Below, in pieces: positions 48,641 to 64,000 of a stretch of DNA of 64,000 nucleotides (position 1 is its first letter; each line of letters opens with the position of its first letter). Below the pieces are notes generated by a model, which was not told where the DNA came from, searched no databases, and saw only the letters and a program-made list of their open reading frames with translations. The position numbers and the translations under genes are program-made. The DNA is from the human T2T-CHM13v2.0 reference genome, Homo sapiens. The stretch lies in contig CP086569.2 of NCBI GenBank assembly GCA_009914755.4, positions 35,616,001 to 35,680,000 on the forward strand, given 5' to 3'.

Positions 48641-49210
48641 ATCCATATTTTTTAAATGAAAAAAAATTTCAAAGGTACTCTGCTTGGTACAATAATCAAA
48701 TGTATAAACTGAGGAATAAAACATAACCATGAAACCTACTTATAACTGCATGTGGAAAATACAGAGGATAATTTTTTAAATAACATATTTTGAAAGCCTT
48801 AACTAGTAATTTGAAGAGTTGGCATTTGAAAGGCCAGGATGAATATACCTTCAAAGCAGCAACACAGGTTCCCCATGAGGAAAAGCAAACTCAAGGAAAA
48901 TAAAACCACAAAGGTTCAATCTCTTCTGACCTTTGAAAGACACAGCACAGACAGTGGTCCTTAGGACGAAGAGCAGGAGACCCCTAATTCCGTCACCATG
49001 GCGATAGGGCATAAACATTGCTTGGTGAGGGCACAATCCACATTGTGAGGTCCAACTGCTGCCAGGAAGACAGGACTGCTTTTACATAGACCGAAAGGTC
49101 ATTGAAGGCTCAGAGTTTTGTTTCAAGAACTGAATCCCAAGCCCACACGTTATTAGGCTGCGCTTCTTAAAACAGGTTATGAGATGGGAAAAAGGGCACC
49201 CACAAACATA
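48641..49210. other. Unique segment, unit 21
   Basis: Same sequence. Confidence 0.85.
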
Positions 49211-51060
<1,850 letters not shown>

Positions 51061-51630
51061 ATCCATATTTTTTAAATGAAAAAAAATTTCAAAGGTACTC
51101 TGCTTGGTACAATAATCAAATGTATAAACTGAGGAATAAAACATAACCATGAAACCTACTTATAACTGCATATGGAAAATACAGAGGATAATTTTTTAAA
51201 TAACATATTTTGAAAGCCTTAACTAGTAATTTGAAGAGTTGGTATTTGAAAGGCCAGTATGAATATACCTTCAAAGCAGCAACACAGGTTCCCCATGAGG
51301 AAAAGCAAACTCAGGGAAAATAAAACCACAAAGGTTCAATCTCTTCTGACCTTTGAAAGACACAGCACAGACAGTGGTCCTTAGGACGAAGAGCAGGAGA
51401 CCCCTAATTCCGTCACCATGGCGATAGGGCATAAACATTGCTGGGTGAGGGCACAATCCACATTGTGAGGTCCAACTGCTGCCAGGAAGACAGGAGTGCT
51501 TTTACATAGACCGAAAGGTCATTGAAGGCTCAGAGTTTTGTTTCAAGAACTGAATCCCAAGCCCACACGTTATTAGGCTGCGCTTCTTAAAACAGGTTAT
51601 GAGATGGGAAAAAGGGCACCCACAAACATA
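51061..51630. other. Unique segment, unit 22
   Basis: Same sequence. Confidence 0.85.
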
Positions 51631-53476
<1,846 letters not shown>

Positions 53477-54046
53477 ATCCATATTTTTTAAATGAAAAAA
53501 AATTTCAAAGGTACTCTGCTTGGTACAATAATCAAATGTATAAACTGAGGAATAAAACATAACCATGAAACCTACTTATAACTGCATATGGAAAATACAG
53601 AGGATAATTTTTTAAATAACATATTTTGAAAGCCTTAACTAGTAATTTGAAGAGTTGGCATTTGAAAGGCCAGTATGAATACACCTTCAAAGCAGCAACA
53701 CAGGTTCCCCATGAGAAAAAGCAAACTCAGGGAAAATAAAACCACAAAGGTTCAATCTCTTCTGACCTTTGAAAGACACAGCACAGACAGTGGTCCTTAG
53801 GACGAAGAGCAGGAGACCCCTAATTCCGTCACCATGGCGATAGGGCATAAACATTGCTGGGTGAGGGCACAATCCACATTGTGAGGTCCAACTGCTGCCA
53901 GGAAGACAGGAGTGCTTTTATATAGACCGAAAGGTCATTGAAGGCTCAGAGTTTTGTTTCAAGAACTGAATCCCAAGCCCACACGTTATTAGGCTGCGCT
54001 TCTTAAAACAAGTTATGAGATGGGAAAAAGGGCACCTACAAACATA
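53477..54046. other. Unique segment, unit 23
   Basis: Same sequence. Variant 'ggcacctacaaac'. Confidence 0.85.
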
Positions 54047-55892
<1,846 letters not shown>

Positions 55893-56462
55893 ATCCATAT
55901 TTTTTAAATGAAAAAAAATTTCAAAGGTACTCTGCTTGGTACAATAATCAAATGTATAAACTGAGGAATAAAACATAACCATGAAACCTACTTATAACTG
56001 CATATGGAAAATACAGAGGATAATTTTTTAAATCACATATTTTGAAAGCCTTAACTAGTAATTTGAAGAGTTGGCATTTGAAAGGCCAGTATGAATATAC
56101 CTTCAAAGCAGCAACACAGGTTCCCCATGAGAAAAAGCAAACTCAGGGAAAATAAAACCACAAAGGTTCAATCTCTTCTGACCTTTGAAAGACACAGCAC
56201 AGACAGTGGTCCTTAGGACGAAGAGCAGGAGACCCCTAATTCCGTCACCATGGCGATAGGGCATAAACATTGCTGGGTGAGGGCACAATCCACATTGTGA
56301 GGTCCAACTGCTGCCAGGAAGACAGGAGTGCTTTTACATAGACCGAAAGGTCATTGAAGGCTCAGAGTTTTGTTTCAAGAACTGAATCCCAAGCCCACAC
56401 GTTATTAGGCTGCGCTTCTTAAAACAAGTTATGAGATGGGAAAAAGGGCACCTACAAACATA
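55893..56462. other. Unique segment, unit 24
   Basis: Same sequence. Variant 'ggcacctacaaac'. Confidence 0.85.
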
Positions 56463-58306
<1,844 letters not shown>

Positions 58307-58876
58307 ATCCATATTTTTTAAATGAAAAAAAATTTCAAAGGTACTCTGCTTGGTACAATAATCAAATGTATAAACTGAGGAATAAAACATAACCATGAAA
58401 CCTACTTATAACTGCATATGGAAAATACAGAGGATAATTTTTTAAATAACATATTTTGAAAGCCTTAACTAGTAATTTGAAGAGTTGGCATTTGAAAGGC
58501 CAGTATGAATACACCTTCAAAGCAGCAACACAGGTTCCCCATGAGAAAAAGCAAACTCAGGGAAAATAAAACCACAAAGGTTCAATCTCTTCTGACCTTT
58601 GAAAGACACAGCACAGACAGTGGTCCTTAGGACGAAGAGCAGGAGACCCCTAATTCCGTCACCATGGCGATAGGGCATAAACATTGCTGGGTGAGGGCAC
58701 AATCCACATTGTGAGGTCCAACTGCTGCCAGGAAGACAGGAGTGCTTTTACATAGACCGAAAGGTCATTGAAGGCTCAGAGTTTTGTTTCAAGAACTGAA
58801 TCCCAAGCCCACACGTTATTAGGCTGCGCTTCTTAAAACAAGTTATGAGATGGGAAAAAGGGCACCTACAAACATA
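58307..58876. other. Unique segment, unit 25
   Basis: Same sequence. Variant 'ggcacctacaaac'. Confidence 0.85.
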
Positions 58877-60720
<1,844 letters not shown>

Positions 60721-61290
60721 ATCCATATTTTTTAAATGAAAAAAAATTTCAAAGGTACTCTGCTTGGTACAATAATCAAATGTATAAACTGAGGAATAAA
60801 ACATAACCATGAAACCTACTTATAACTGCATATGGAAAATACAGAGGATAATTTTTTAAATAACATATTTTGAAAGCCTTAACTAGTAATTTGAAGAGTT
60901 GGCATTTGAAAGGCCAGTATGAATACACCATCAAAGCAGCAACACAGGTTCCCCATGAGAAAAAGCAAACTCAGGGAAAATAAAACCACAAAGGTTCAAT
61001 CTCTTCTGACCTTTGAAAGACACAGCACAGACAGTGGTCCTTAGGACGAAGAGCAGGAGACCCCTAATTCCGTCACCATGGCGATAGGGCATAAACATTG
61101 CTGGGTGAGGGCACAATCCACATTGTGAGGTCCAACTGCTGCCAGGAAGACAGGAGTGCTTTTACATAGACCGAAAGGTCATTGAAGGCTCAGAGTTTTG
61201 TTTCAAGAACTGAATCCCAAGCCCACACGTTATTAGGCTGCGCTTCTTAAAACAAGTTATGAGATGGGAAAAAGGGCACCTACAAACATA
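60721..61290. other. Unique segment, unit 26
   Basis: Same sequence. Variant 'ggcacctacaaac'. Confidence 0.85.
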
Positions 61291-63134
<1,844 letters not shown>

Positions 63135-63704
63135 ATCCATATTTTTTAAATGAAAAAAAATTTCAAAGGTACTCTGCTTGGTACAATAATCAAATGTATA
63201 AACTGAGGAATAAAACATAACCATGAAACCTACTTATAACTGCATATGGAAAATACAGAGGATAATTTTTTAAATAACATATTTTGAAAGCCTTAACTAG
63301 TAATTTGAAGAGTTGGCATTTGAAAGGCCAGTATGAATACACCTTCAAAGCAGCAACACAGGTTCCCCATGAGAAAAAGCAAACTCAGGGAAAATAAAAC
63401 CACAAAGGTTCAATCTCTTCTGACCTTTGAAAGACACAGCACAGACAGTGGTCCTTAGGACGAAGAGCAGGAGACCCCTAATTCCGTCACCATGGCGATA
63501 GGGCATAAACATTGCTGGGTGAGGGCACAATCCACATTGTGAGGTCCAACTGCTGCCAGGAAGACAGGAGTGCTTTTACATAGACCGAAAGGTCATTGAA
63601 GGCTCAGAGTTTTGTTTCAAGAACTGAATCCCAAGCCCACACGTTATTAGGCTGCGCTTCTTAAAACAAGTTATGAGATGGGAAAAAGGGCACCTACAAA
63701 CATA
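63135..63704. other. Unique segment, unit 27
   Basis: Same sequence. Variant 'ggcacctacaaac'. Confidence 0.85.
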
Positions 63705-64000
63705 CGTATACATTATGTATATAATAATATACAGTATCATATATATAATATATATAACCCATGTATAATATTGTTTTACATCCTGCATCTTATATTATAT
63801 ATATTGTATAAAATATAATAATTGATAATATATAAATTTTATATTTATACAATATGACATATAGTATATATTATAATTTATTACATATATAATATATGTT
63901 ATATATCATATATAGAATATATTATACGGTTAATATACGTATTAAATATAAATTATACATTATATATATTATATATAATATATCTGCTATATATAATACC
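63705..64000. repeat. AT-rich block, unit 27 (cut by window edge)
   Basis: Same block. Begins 'acgtatacattatgtatataataatatacag'. Confidence 0.9.

Overview
The whole 64-kb window is one head-to-tail tandem array (macrosatellite) with a repeat unit of about 2.414-2.420 kb. There are 27 unit starts: 25 complete units and a truncated unit at each window edge, so the array continues beyond both ends. Every unit has the same three parts in the same order and orientation: (i) a ~294-bp antisense, CpG-decayed, 5'-truncated Alu, with its poly-T at the left end on the + strand; (ii) a ~570-bp moderately GC unique segment; (iii) a ~1.55-kb extremely AT/TA-rich but complex block. An Alu means this is primate, most likely human, DNA and not prokaryotic. 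The 2.4-kb Alu + AT-rich + GC-richer organisation matches what is described for the DYZ2 / HSat1B repeat of human Yq12 (HSat1B also occurs on acrocentric short arms). I cannot confirm that identity without a database search. I see no protein-coding genes, tRNA/rRNA genes, CRISPR arrays or prokaryotic operons. The ORFs in the supplied track recur once per repeat unit and are artefacts of the periodicity (the 61-aa minus-strand ORF appears 27 times) or of the Y/I-rich AT-rich block. The interesting content is array architecture: blocks of near-identical units (recent local amplification), a mosaic interleaved pattern of unit subtypes, and an old Alu fixed before amplification. Per-unit coordinates were placed by offset from a recurring marker sequence and should be accurate to a few bp; 11 of the Alu starts were verified by eye.
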